Shown here one piece after another: positions 9,150-18,716 of a DNA stretch of 64,000 bases. The DNA is from Candidatus Atabeyarchaeum deiterrae. GTDB taxonomy: Archaea; Asgardarchaeota; Atabeyarchaeia; Atabeyarchaeales; Atabeyarchaeaceae. The DNA lies in contig CP147780.1 of NCBI GenBank assembly GCA_037310415.1, positions 128,001-192,000 on the forward strand. The letters run 5' to 3'. Within the stretch, counting starts at the first letter, position 1, and every line of letters begins with the position of its first letter. The position numbers and the translations under genes are program-made. Below the pieces are notes generated by a model. The model saw only the letters and a list, made by a program, of their open reading frames with translations, was not told the origin of the DNA and made no database searches.

Positions 9150-10271
9150 ATGACAGAGGAGGAGAATATCTCTGGGATGTCGTTGAGCTTCAGAGATAGG
9201 AATGTTGCGCAGCAGGTTGTTCAGCGCATCAAGGAATTCAATCTCGAGATTCAGATCATGCACGTATGTGGGACCCATCAAGATACCATAGTGAAATATG
9301 GACTTGATTCGTTGCTGAAGGAGTGTGGGGTTACGGTGAGACAGGGACCGGGGTGCCCAGTCTGCGTCACGACCCAAAAGGAAATCGAGGAAGGAATAAG
9401 GCTAGCTGAGACTGGCAAGATTGTGGCAACGTACGGAGACATGGTTCGCGTACCTGGGACAAGTAGATCACTTGCTGACATTAGGGCTTCAGGTGGCAAT
9501 GTCCGAATAGTATACAGTATACAGGACGCGGTTTCGATAGCAAGGGAGGCTAAAAACGAAGTTGTATTCGTAGCTGTTGGGTTCGAAACCACTGCGCCCA
9601 GTACTGCAGTCACTTTGCTGGGAGATTTACCCCCAAACTTCTCGATACTTAATTGTCACAGATACGTTCCACCCGCGTTGCATGCTTTACTTAAGTTGGG
9701 AGAGGTGAAGATTCAAGGCTTCATCGAACCAGGACATGTTAGCACCATAATTGGGCTTAAGCCGTACGAGGAGCTGTCATTGGAGTTTAACCTCCCCCAA
9801 GTTGTTTCAGGCTTCGAACCTCTCGATGTTCTGATGTCAGTTTACATGCTCGCGAGGCAAATAAAGAACGGAGAAGCAAAAGTGGAAAACGAGTATAACC
9901 GAGTTGTCAAGTACGAAGGAAATCCGAGAGCGCTTAAGGTATTGGGAGAAGTTTTTGAACACTCTGATTTGAGGTGGAGAGGCTTCCCCATAATAGCGGG
10001 ATCAGGGATGAAGTTAAGAGATAAGTTTGAGCAGTACGACGCTAGAAAAGTCTACGAGGATGAATTGAGGGATGTATCTCAACGTGAATTCGAAGAGCCT
10101 AAAGGGTGCAGATGCAGTGAAGTCTTGAGAGGGCTGATCGACGCAAATGATTGCGTACTTTTCGGAAAGTCGTGCACTCCTCAGCACCCGGTTGGACCAT
10201 GCATGGTTTCCACGGAAGGAACATGCAACATACTGTACAAGTATTCTGGGTTGAGAGAGAAGAAAAGATAG
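9150..10271 (+). CDS. hypD: Hydrogenase maturation protein HypD
   Basis: CGTH, GPGCPVC, GFETT, PGHVS, GPCMVSxEGTC; ATG 9150 after GGGGTGA. Confidence 0.97.
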   Translation: MTEEENISGMSLSFRDRNVAQQVVQRIKEFNLEIQIMHVCGTHQDTIVKYGLDSLLKECGVTVRQGPGCPVCVTTQKEIEEGIRLAETGKIVATYGDMVRVPGTSRSLADIRASGGNVRIVYSIQDAVSIAREAKNEVVFVAVGFETTAPSTAVTLLGDLPPNFSILNCHRYVPPALHALLKLGEVKIQGFIEPGHVSTIIGLKPYEELSLEFNLPQVVSGFEPLDVLMSVYMLARQIKNGEAKVENEYNRVVKYEGNPRALKVLGEVFEHSDLRWRGFPIIAGSGMKLRDKFEQYDARKVYEDELRDVSQREFEEPKGCRCSEVLRGLIDANDCVLFGKSCTPQHPVGPCMVSTEGTCNILYKYSGLREKKR

Positions 10272-10335
10272 ACGGAGACTAATATAACCAAAGTCTATCT
10301 TTTTGGTCTAAGATGGTTTGAGGTGAATTACTTAG

Positions 10336-10887
10336 ATGGGCATCATTAGGATCGGTATGGTCGTTGATGAGGTCAAAGAAGCTTTGTGTTATGACTTGAG
10401 ACACAGTGTAGTTGAAAGGGGAGAACAGAAAAGTAAATGGGATATCACTAGCGAGGACCAGAAAACGGAAATGTGTGGCAAGTGCCCACTGGCCTGGAAT
10501 AATGCAAGCTGTGAGGGAAGATTTGGTCCGAACTATTCAAGCTTGCCCAATTTCGCTAAGAGGTTTGGGTGCGAAATAGTCGCAGGCATTCCAAGGAGTT
10601 ATGATGAGCATAGAATGTTCTCTTCAGATAATGCTCAGAGGCTCCTAGCAGAGGTCAAGATACTCCGTGACAAGTTGAAATTCGAAGAGGATACTGTGTA
10701 TGTGGCACAGGAACAGGAAAATCTTCCTGAAGAAAAGATAGAGCAATGGTTGCTCTACACCGTAGGATTCGAGGGTGTCACAACAAGAAAGATCAATGCT
10801 TCGAGAGTCCATGAAGGAACCCTTAGCCAATTAGAAAAGATGGCGAACACTTCTGACAAGTATCATTGTAGCTTCGTCTTCTTCTAG
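10336..10887 (+). CDS. Hypothetical Cys-containing protein, possibly metal-binding
   Basis: 183-aa ORF with GAGGTGA RBS and a CGKCPLAWNNASCEGRFGPN motif. Confidence 0.75.
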   Translation: MGIIRIGMVVDEVKEALCYDLRHSVVERGEQKSKWDITSEDQKTEMCGKCPLAWNNASCEGRFGPNYSSLPNFAKRFGCEIVAGIPRSYDEHRMFSSDNAQRLLAEVKILRDKLKFEEDTVYVAQEQENLPEEKIEQWLLYTVGFEGVTTRKINASRVHEGTLSQLEKMANTSDKYHCSFVFF

Positions 10888-10907
10888 TGTGTGCCACTGT
10901 TAATAGC

Positions 10908-12017
10908 CTAACATATTCTCGGGATTGGGTCTCCAGCAGGAGGAGGCAGGATTCGCTTTCCACCTACACTAGTCTCAAGTATTACCTGACTGTATGATTT
11001 CGTAGCTTCTCCTATGATTGCAGCGTACTTGCCTTCTTGGGTTTTCTTTAGAGTTTGAAGGACTTCCTCAGCTTTCTGTGGAACAACTGCTATCGCTATT
11101 TTGCCCTCATTGCCTATTTCCAGCGGATCGAGGCCAAGCATTTCGCACGCGGCTCTCACTCCCTCGCTGATGGGGATGTCTTCTTGATTTACGAGTATCC
11201 CTATTCTCGATTTCTCGCTCCATTCATTCAGTAGATTTGCTAAGCCACCCCTAGTTGGATCCTTCATTTTGACTATTCCTCCGACTTGGAGGAGTTTCTC
11301 AGTCAACTTGTTCAATGGCTTGACATCTGACTCAACTTGGCTCTCAAATCCATACCCTTCACGGAATGATAGAATGGCTATCCCGTGATCTCCCATCGTT
11401 CCAGATGCTATGATCTTGTCTCCGTCACCGATGTTTGAATCGACTAGCCATTTTGAATTGAAAGAGGACCTGTATTTCTTGACTGTCCTTATATTCTCGT
11501 CTAAAAACTTACTTCTTTTTCCGATGCCTGAAGTGTTTATTACACATTTCTCAAGAGAACCCTTCTCGACCACTTTGGTGTCTCCGGTTATCACGAATAC
11601 GCCGGCTTCCTTACACGTGTCACCCATGCTCTTTAGGATTCTTTCAAGGTCTTTGATAGAGAAGCCTTCTTCAAGTATGAGCCCCGCAGCCAATGCCATC
11701 GGTTCGGCGCCCATCACGGCTATGTCATTTACGGTTCCAGATATGGAGAGCCTGCCAATGTCTCCACCAGGAAAGAATAATGGTTTGACTGTGTGCGAAT
11801 CTGATTTTAGGACCACACCATCGATGACACCAGAGTCATCAAGAGCCTCGAGTGGAACCTCAGCGTTGCTTCCTCCTAGATATTTCAGCACATAGTTCTT
11901 GATGAGATCCTGCATTGCTGAGCCACCCGCCCCGTGCGAAAGCGTGATATGCTCCAAGTTTTCATTCACCTTGAACTGCTCTCTCATGTTACCAGCATTT
12001 AGCCGGATGAGAAACAA
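10908..12017 (-). CDS. hypE: Carbamoyl dehydratase HypE
   Basis: SHGAGG, FFPGGDIG, GTVND, GDTKVV, DPTRGG and C-terminal PRIC; true start probably about 11987 or later. Confidence 0.97.
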   Translation of the reverse strand: MFLIRLNAGNMREQFKVNENLEHITLSHGAGGSAMQDLIKNYVLKYLGGSNAEVPLEALDDSGVIDGVVLKSDSHTVKPLFFPGGDIGRLSISGTVNDIAVMGAEPMALAAGLILEEGFSIKDLERILKSMGDTCKEAGVFVITGDTKVVEKGSLEKCVINTSGIGKRSKFLDENIRTVKKYRSSFNSKWLVDSNIGDGDKIIASGTMGDHGIAILSFREGYGFESQVESDVKPLNKLTEKLLQVGGIVKMKDPTRGGLANLLNEWSEKSRIGILVNQEDIPISEGVRAACEMLGLDPLEIGNEGKIAIAVVPQKAEEVLQTLKKTQEGKYAAIIGEATKSYSQVILETSVGGKRILPPPAGDPIPRIC

Positions 12018-12139
12018 GACTTCATGAAAGCAAATAACACTTTTCCGAAGATTATGTGAACATTCAGATGGGCATATGCACCTTGTCTGCTGAAAGTCTA
12101 TTGGTTCTGAGAAAAAGAGGGAAGAAGTGACTTAAATGT

Positions 12140-12940
12140 CTAGAGTCTCTTAAGTATGGCTTCACGAGTGAATTTCCTGGAAGCCACTTTGAAGAGTCCA
12201 TAATCAACAACTGCGAATAGGCCCACAATCGTGAGTACAAGGTATATGTTCGTTAGGCCTCCAACTAGGATCGGAACGAAGGCAATGATTAGTACCGGAA
12301 TTACGAACACACCGCCGAGTTGAGTTGCCTCCATTACCTTGTTTGCTCTTGTAGAAACCCAAACATTTGCAAGTATGCCGAAGAACGCCAGCAGAGGATA
12401 GAGCGCAACCAGCTGAATGAATGCAATAGTGTTTGGAAAAATAAGTTGGAAGGTGCCAAATGCCTGCCACCATGAAAGATTCACTATTATTGTCGTTGAA
12501 AGAATACAAAGATATGTCGTTATGATTGTCGGTATGAATGCTGTAAGCATCTTACCAAGGAGTATCTCTGAATCTGTGAGCGGTGTCGACAGAAGCTGCT
12601 GAATTGTCTTCCTCTCCTTCTCACCGACGAAACTATCAGCAGAAATGTATGTTGGCAGAATGACTGGAACCATCAGCAACAATGCTGAAATAATCACGTA
12701 CAGGAAAAACAGATAGGTTCTCTGACCAAGTGAGAAATCGGGGAAGAAGTCTGGTGGGAGTGGCAGGCCAGAAGTACCGCCCGTAGGAGAAGTGCCAATT
12801 AGTATACCAATGAAACCATATAACAGGGGTATCACGAACCCAAACATAAATCCCATTCCCACAAAACTGTACTTTATCATTCTGCTTCTGAATGCTTCAT
12901 GCATTTCCTTTCTAGCTATTATCATTGATCTCTTAAGCAA
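12140..12940 (-). CDS. ABC-2 type exporter permease
   Basis: About 6 TM segments, ADSFVGEKERKTIQQLLSTP motif. Confidence 0.9.
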   Translation of the reverse strand: MLKRSMIIARKEMHEAFRSRMIKYSFVGMGFMFGFVIPLLYGFIGILIGTSPTGGTSGLPLPPDFFPDFSLGQRTYLFFLYVIISALLLMVPVILPTYISADSFVGEKERKTIQQLLSTPLTDSEILLGKMLTAFIPTIITTYLCILSTTIIVNLSWWQAFGTFQLIFPNTIAFIQLVALYPLLAFFGILANVWVSTRANKVMEATQLGGVFVIPVLIIAFVPILVGGLTNIYLVLTIVGLFAVVDYGLFKVASRKFTREAILKRL

Positions 12941-12954
12941 GGCCAGACCTCCCT

Positions 12955-13908
12955 TTAGCTGCTACCTTCCGCCTGTCCAATGATCTTCATATAGACATCC
13001 TCCAGAGTCTTTCTCTCTTCCTGCAGCGTGACTATTCTTCCACCTGATTCAACTATTCTCTGAACGATAAGAGGGTTTACTTTATCTGGTTTATCGGTTT
13101 CATACTGAAGCGTGTTTCTTCTCAACTTCAGATTGTCTATGGAACCGATGTCAGGCAGTCTCTCTATTACACTTTTATCGAATCCAGGAAGTAATGAGAG
13201 TGTAAATACTCTCCTAGTCCATAGTGACTTCTCAAGCTCGCTAGTTTCTCCAATTGTAGCTAGTCGACCCTGGTTGATTATTGCAATTCTGTCGCAGATC
13301 ATGTCTGCTTCTGGCAAGTTGTGAGTGCATAGGAAAACTGTGCGGTTTAGCTGTTTGCAGAGTCTGGCGATGAACTCGCGGAATGATTTTGCAGCCTCAG
13401 GGTCGAGTCCGGTCGTGGGTTCGTCCATGAATAGTATCTTTGGATCGTGGATGATGGCTCGGGCAATGCTAAGCTTCTGGCGCATTCCTCTGCTGAACGT
13501 TGCGACTCTATCATTTCTTCTCCCGTGAAGGTCCATCATGTTCAGAAGTTCTTTGATACGGTCATCGATCTGTCGCTCTGGGAGTCCATACAGTCTAGCG
13601 AAGTAAGTGAGGTTTTCAATAGGCGTCATCCGCTCATATAGGCCTGAAAGTTCTGGCTCAGGAAGTAAGCCAACTATTGATCTAACAACATTTGCTTCCT
13701 GGGCAACATCATGACCGCCGACTGTCGCTTTTCCGTCGTCTGGCTTCAAGAGTCCGCATAATAGTCTCAAGGTCGTTGTCTTGCCTGCTCCGTTCGGACC
13801 TAAGAAGCCGAATATCTCGCCCTCTTTTACCTCTAGGGAAATATGGTCTACTGCAACGATCTTCCCGAAAGTTCGGGTCAGGTTCTCCACGTGAATTATG
13901 CTCGACAT
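12955..13908 (-). CDS. ABC exporter ATP-binding subunit
   Basis: GPNGAGKTT, FSRGMRQ, LFMDEPT, CTH. Confidence 0.95.
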   Translation of the reverse strand: MSSIIHVENLTRTFGKIVAVDHISLEVKEGEIFGFLGPNGAGKTTTLRLLCGLLKPDDGKATVGGHDVAQEANVVRSIVGLLPEPELSGLYERMTPIENLTYFARLYGLPERQIDDRIKELLNMMDLHGRRNDRVATFSRGMRQKLSIARAIIHDPKILFMDEPTTGLDPEAAKSFREFIARLCKQLNRTVFLCTHNLPEADMICDRIAIINQGRLATIGETSELEKSLWTRRVFTLSLLPGFDKSVIERLPDIGSIDNLKLRRNTLQYETDKPDKVNPLIVQRIVESGGRIVTLQEERKTLEDVYMKIIGQAEGSS

Positions 13909-14007
13909 CTTCTGCCTCTCTCCAGATTAGGTTGTTTCAGGACCTGAATGATTTTCTATGATTCCCAATGAGTTCAGGGTCTTAAATCGACTTCAGGCAA
14001 ACGTTTA

Positions 14008-14052
14008 AATAGTTTCATGTATATAACTATTACGGTTGACGTAATCGATTAC
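14008..14052. promoter_or_regulatory. Candidate operator palindromes in the divergent promoter
   Basis: AATAGTT-N10-AACTATT (14008-14031) next to TTTAAAT, plus the perfect 12-bp palindrome GTAATCGATTAC (14041-14052). Confidence 0.45.
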
Positions 14053-14062
14053 AAATGCAGAG

Positions 14063-14698
14063 ATGGTGCCGCATATGGAAGAATCGATGGTTTTGAAGGA
14101 TCCAGATAAGATACGCATTAGTTTGGAGCCGCTGAATAGGAAGATACTTGACCTTCTCATGGACAGGGAAATGACAATCACAATGCTAGCGAACTCCATA
14201 AAGGACAAGGGCAAGAAAGGTGTACCTGCTCCGACAATTCTAAGAAGGGTAAGGAAACTCGTTGAGGCAGAATTAATAGAGCAGACGCGAGTCGGTACGC
14301 CGCCTAAGAGCAAGGCAAAGAATCTTCTCGAGAAGTTCTACAGAACTAAGGCGAGTAAATTCCTAATCGATACTGAGATCAGTAAGATGTTGAAAGGAAA
14401 AGAAAGGGCATCGGAGCCGCCACTATCTCTTGAATCCATTCCAATTATACAATCGTATGGGTATGATGTTCCTGAACGTGCGAAGGAGGATTTCGCTTCA
14501 AAGGTCACTGAGCTTCAACATCTGCTTGAAGAAAAGAGCAGAATTCTGACCACGAGAAAGCTGCCCGTGCAGAAACAGAGTAGCGTAGATGCTAGAACAG
14601 ATGAGGCAATATTCCAGATGCTTCTGTCATTAGAGGGGGCTAAGGACGAAAGAATAAGGAAGCTTGTTGACGAGATAAACCGAAACCTGAAGAAATAG
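14063..14698 (+). CDS. Winged-helix (ArsR-like) transcriptional regulator
   Basis: EPLNRKILDLL..EMTITMLA..PTILRRVRKLVEAELI..EKFYR; divergent from the ABC operon. Confidence 0.85.
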   Translation: MVPHMEESMVLKDPDKIRISLEPLNRKILDLLMDREMTITMLANSIKDKGKKGVPAPTILRRVRKLVEAELIEQTRVGTPPKSKAKNLLEKFYRTKASKFLIDTEISKMLKGKERASEPPLSLESIPIIQSYGYDVPERAKEDFASKVTELQHLLEEKSRILTTRKLPVQKQSSVDARTDEAIFQMLLSLEGAKDERIRKLVDEINRNLKK

Positions 14699-14850
14699 TA
14701 CTCCTAAAGTTTCAGGCCGAAAGATGGACTTCTCAAACTTGTTGAATAACTGGCGAATCTAGTCATAAAGCATGGCTATAGCGTTGTTAGCCGGCCAGAA
14801 CCTCCGATCTGTTTTAGCAGTGAAAGTTTGTGAAGTCAAGGCCCTCTGCT

Positions 14851-15516
14851 TTATTCTATTAGAGTTGCTTCCTGGACGAATTGGTTCATGAACGATCTTA
14901 GGTACTTCGAGCGTTGTTGTATGAGGAGCTTCCCCATTTCGGTGTGTATTGTTTCCGGAAGTCTGAGAAGCTTCGTTTGAAAGTGGTCCAAGACGTATTT
15001 TTCATCGTCAAGCGCTCGGTTTCTTGCGAGTGGATCCTTCTCATCGTATAGCTCGGTGTTTTTTGATCCTCCATAAGCGAAAGTCATTGCGATCCCGATT
15101 GCTCCGCTTATGTCAATTCTATCTGCATCCTGCAGAATCCTTGCTTCGAGCGTCTCAGGTATCCTGTTTCGACTGAACCGATGCACTCTGATGGCATATA
15201 GTATCTGAGGTATTTTGTCTTCGGGGAGCTGGCATTCCTTGAGCAGTTTCTCCCCGATCTCTGCTGATTTCTTAGCGTGGTCTCCCTCGCTATAACTTCG
15301 ACCGATGTCGTGAAGCAATGCGGCGACTTCAAGTATCAGTAGGTCGGCCTTCTCTTTTATGCCTATCATCCTACTGAGTTTATGGACTCTTATGGTATGA
15401 GTCTGATCATGCCCGGCAAAGGAATGTTGCCGAATGTATTCAAGTGCGACTTTCTTGATACGGTCTACAAAAACTGTGTCTTTATTGGGTGTCTTCCTCA
15501 GCAAGTTTTCGATCAA
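14851..15516 (-). CDS. HD-domain phosphohydrolase
   Basis: H..H..RV, LLHDIG, DH, HRFS, QDADRID. Confidence 0.9.
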   Translation of the reverse strand: MIENLLRKTPNKDTVFVDRIKKVALEYIRQHSFAGHDQTHTIRVHKLSRMIGIKEKADLLILEVAALLHDIGRSYSEGDHAKKSAEIGEKLLKECQLPEDKIPQILYAIRVHRFSRNRIPETLEARILQDADRIDISGAIGIAMTFAYGGSKNTELYDEKDPLARNRALDDEKYVLDHFQTKLLRLPETIHTEMGKLLIQQRSKYLRSFMNQFVQEATLIE

Positions 15517-15636
15517 CCTCGCTTAGGTGAAGAATAAGAGGAGACATATAATTGTATTCGAGGATCGCCGATCAGAAAGAGCATTGTTGCCAGTGTTGGC
15601 TGAGATTCACTTCGATAAGGATTTAGTCTACAATTA

Positions 15637-16455
15637 ATGATAAATATGAGAGTTGACCTTGAAAAGGATAAGGAGTTGAGCTCAAGCATGGCACACTTTA
15701 TTTCAAAACTCGTACTTGGACAAGCGGACGACTCAGTGCATTGGAGGCTAGTGAAGTACAGCAAGGGAGAATTTGAAGGAAATGTAATCGAAGTCAAGGC
15801 GAGAGGAAAATCGATCGCAATTGGTGGAAGTCCAGAATATGAAGATCTCATTGGATGGATTCTGTTCCGCTATGCTCCAGCAGAATTGGAGTTTAAGGTT
15901 ACTGGTTCAATTATATCCGCCAAAGACCACACCGACATTCTCCAAGGTGTGGGACTGGATGTCGCCATGAGCAGACCGAAAGGAAAAGCCAGGTATAATG
16001 CAAAGATTGATGGCATAACGGTGCCCGCAAGAACGATGAGAGATGTTTATTCCAGTTTGATGGATGACTGCAACATTCTTTTTACGGCCAAAATTGCATC
16101 TGGTGAAAAGGAATGGAGCCTGACGACGAAGAAGGATTATCCACGACCGTCGACCAAGGGCGAATTGAAGGAGCCTGACACTGACTTCTGCAAAGCCACA
16201 CTGCCAACTAGTAGTGAGGCCATGGAAGGAATTCTATCAGAGGTCGTGCCTGACTTGAGGAGTGAATTTCATGGTCCATTCAAGCAGCTCAGGGTTACGA
16301 ATAGCTATAGGGTCAATGAGATAGTCTTGCCTGAAAGCAAGGGCGAGTCTGATGCTGCCCAAGTCAGGATTCTGGCAAAGAGGAAAGGTGTTTTATCTAG
16401 AAAAGTATTGGTTGATGGCAAGGAGTCTGCGAGGGAGATTGAATTCTGCATCTGA
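15637..16455 (+). CDS. Conserved archaeal hypothetical protein
   Basis: 272-aa ORF; VHxxLVKYSKGEF near the N-terminus and AKRKGVLSR at the C-terminus look like conserved motifs. Confidence 0.75.
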   Translation: MINMRVDLEKDKELSSSMAHFISKLVLGQADDSVHWRLVKYSKGEFEGNVIEVKARGKSIAIGGSPEYEDLIGWILFRYAPAELEFKVTGSIISAKDHTDILQGVGLDVAMSRPKGKARYNAKIDGITVPARTMRDVYSSLMDDCNILFTAKIASGEKEWSLTTKKDYPRPSTKGELKEPDTDFCKATLPTSSEAMEGILSEVVPDLRSEFHGPFKQLRVTNSYRVNEIVLPESKGESDAAQVRILAKRKGVLSRKVLVDGKESAREIEFCI

Positions 16456-16700
16456 CTTGAAGGAAATTGCAGGAGTCTTCTGGATAAATGAGCGTCAGTA
16501 ATAATATCCTCAAAAATATGTTGAATATGAAAAGATTTTTATCCTATTCTTGATAGGAACGACTAACATAACTGTTCAGGTTTCGGAATGCGAATTGCTA
16601 CCATTCTGAATCTGTCAGTAACGACCCGTTAAATTGTTAATAGCATTTTGATGAATTGCTCATAACGATTGGATGAAATTGTAATGTTGGAGTGTTGAAT

Positions 16701-17924
16701 ATGCCTGAACGCAACATCATGGTTGAATCAGTGATGCAGACTCCTGTCGAGAAACAGCATGTTGAGCTGGTTGAGAGGAAAGGAGTTGGCCATCCTGACT
16801 CTATTTGCGATGGATTCGCCGAGGAATTAAGTAGAAAGTTATGTTCTCTCTACAAGGAAAAAATCGGCTATGTGCTCCATCATAATGTTGACAAGCTACT
16901 TCTCACAGGCGGAGTTGCCACGCCGAGGTTTGGGGGTGGCGAAGTAACTAAACCGATAATCATAACGACTTCAGGCAGGGCGACTCAGGAGCATGATGGC
17001 GTGAAGTTCGTTATGGCTGACATAGCTAAGGAGACTCTTTCTGAGTTTATCAAGCGAAACTTCAGGTATCTGAAGTACCCCCCGCACATACAGCTTGACA
17101 TTCTCACAAAGCCTGGTTCACCTGATCTAACGGATCTGTTTATCCGATATCAGAGATCCAAAGAGATACCTGGTGCTAACGACACCAGCTTTGGGATAGG
17201 CTATGCGCCTCATAGTGAGTTAGAGAAAGCCGTACTTGGGATAGAAGCATTAGTTAACTCCAAGGAATTCAAGAGTAGAAAAACAATGTATGGCGAAGAT
17301 GTCAAGGTGATGGGTCACAGAATAGCTGACAAACTCTACTTTACTATGGCGACACCTCAGATCAGTTCGCTTGTACCAGGTCCAAAGCAGTACCTTGAAA
17401 ACAAGGTGAAACTCGTTGAGGAAGTGAAGGGTTTCCTCAAGAAGACCTGCAAGAGGGATTTCCAGACTCAGAACAATACCGCAGATAACGAAAATGATCC
17501 ATTATCATATTACCTCACAGTCACTGGGACTTCGGCAGAGATGGGCGACGACGGAGAAGTTGGAAGAGGTAACCGGGTTAACGGCATCATATCTCCAAAC
17601 AGGCCCATGAGTCTTGAAGCAGCTGCTGGGAAGAATCCTGTTACCCACGTCGGAAAGATATACAACGTGCTAGCCTTTAAGACAGCTAACAGGATCTACG
17701 AAGAGGTCGGTGACGACAGGATCGAGGAAGTATACGTGAGGTTGCTGAGCGCAATAGGAAAAGCCATAGATAAGCCCCAAGTTGCCTCAGCCCAGATGAT
17801 ACTGAGACCAGGGGTTAGGCTTGAGTCGATAAGAAGCAATGTTGAGTCGATAATCGAGGACAATTTGAGAAACATAACCAAGATGACAGATGAATTCATC
17901 AAAGGAACACTGAGGGTCTTTTAG
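16701..17924 (+). CDS. mat: S-adenosylmethionine synthetase, archaeal type
   Basis: [54 protein letters not shown]. Confidence 0.97.
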   Translation: MPERNIMVESVMQTPVEKQHVELVERKGVGHPDSICDGFAEELSRKLCSLYKEKIGYVLHHNVDKLLLTGGVATPRFGGGEVTKPIIITTSGRATQEHDGVKFVMADIAKETLSEFIKRNFRYLKYPPHIQLDILTKPGSPDLTDLFIRYQRSKEIPGANDTSFGIGYAPHSELEKAVLGIEALVNSKEFKSRKTMYGEDVKVMGHRIADKLYFTMATPQISSLVPGPKQYLENKVKLVEEVKGFLKKTCKRDFQTQNNTADNENDPLSYYLTVTGTSAEMGDDGEVGRGNRVNGIISPNRPMSLEAAAGKNPVTHVGKIYNVLAFKTANRIYEEVGDDRIEEVYVRLLSAIGKAIDKPQVASAQMILRPGVRLESIRSNVESIIEDNLRNITKMTDEFIKGTLRVF

Positions 17925-18078
17925 GACCTCCATGCTTTCTTGACCTCTGCGCAGTGGACCAGTCGCGCAGGAAAACCTGAGCCGTGAGAACTTTGGAGTG
18001 GTCATTCTTAACATCTAACTATAGTGACAAAACTTTAAGTACGATAAGTTCGTCGTTGACCCTGAAGGTGAATGTTGT

Positions 18079-18501
18079 TTGGCGAATGATGAAGTAAAGA
18101 AAATCAAACAAAAGAAACTTGATGAGAGAATGAAGAAAATCGACGTTGAAGGAAAGAAATCTTCAGGAACCGAAGATGGCCCACGCCACCTGGGAGACGG
18201 CGATTTCAACGACGTGATCGCAAAAGCAGATCTCGCTTTGGTAGATTTCTACGCAGATTGGTGTGGACCGTGTAAGATGATGGCTCCAATAGTCGAAAAT
18301 CTTGCAAAAGAATACAGCGGCAAAGCCTTGGTAGCGAAAGTCAACGTCGATAAGAATCCGGTCATATCACAGAAGTTCGGCATTGTTTCTATTCCAACAT
18401 TTGGCGTCTTCAAGAAAGGGAAGTTAGCCGGGACGATCATCGGCGCTGTGGGGAAAGAGGCGCTTAAAGGTGCACTTGACAAAGCTGCAAAGTCAGCATA
18501 G
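18079..18501 (+). CDS. trxA: Thioredoxin
   Basis: DFYADWCGPCK and SIPT, with a charged N-terminal extension. Confidence 0.93.
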   Translation: MANDEVKKIKQKKLDERMKKIDVEGKKSSGTEDGPRHLGDGDFNDVIAKADLALVDFYADWCGPCKMMAPIVENLAKEYSGKALVAKVNVDKNPVISQKFGIVSIPTFGVFKKGKLAGTIIGAVGKEALKGALDKAAKSA

Positions 18502-18716
18502 ACACGGAGAAACTGATTTGTGTTTGGTGCATCCATAGTAGCCATTTTTCTTCTACATTTCAAGTTTTCCGACCTAAGTACTATTTCTACTCGTCCGCTT
18601 GGAGCCGTCAAGATGCTTCTTGCTATGAGCACATTATCTGATTCGATTTTTTGGGGGAATCGAAAACTACTTTTCTAAGTTCCCTCCTCAGTAGTGGTTG
18701 TCGGAGGTTATCATAG

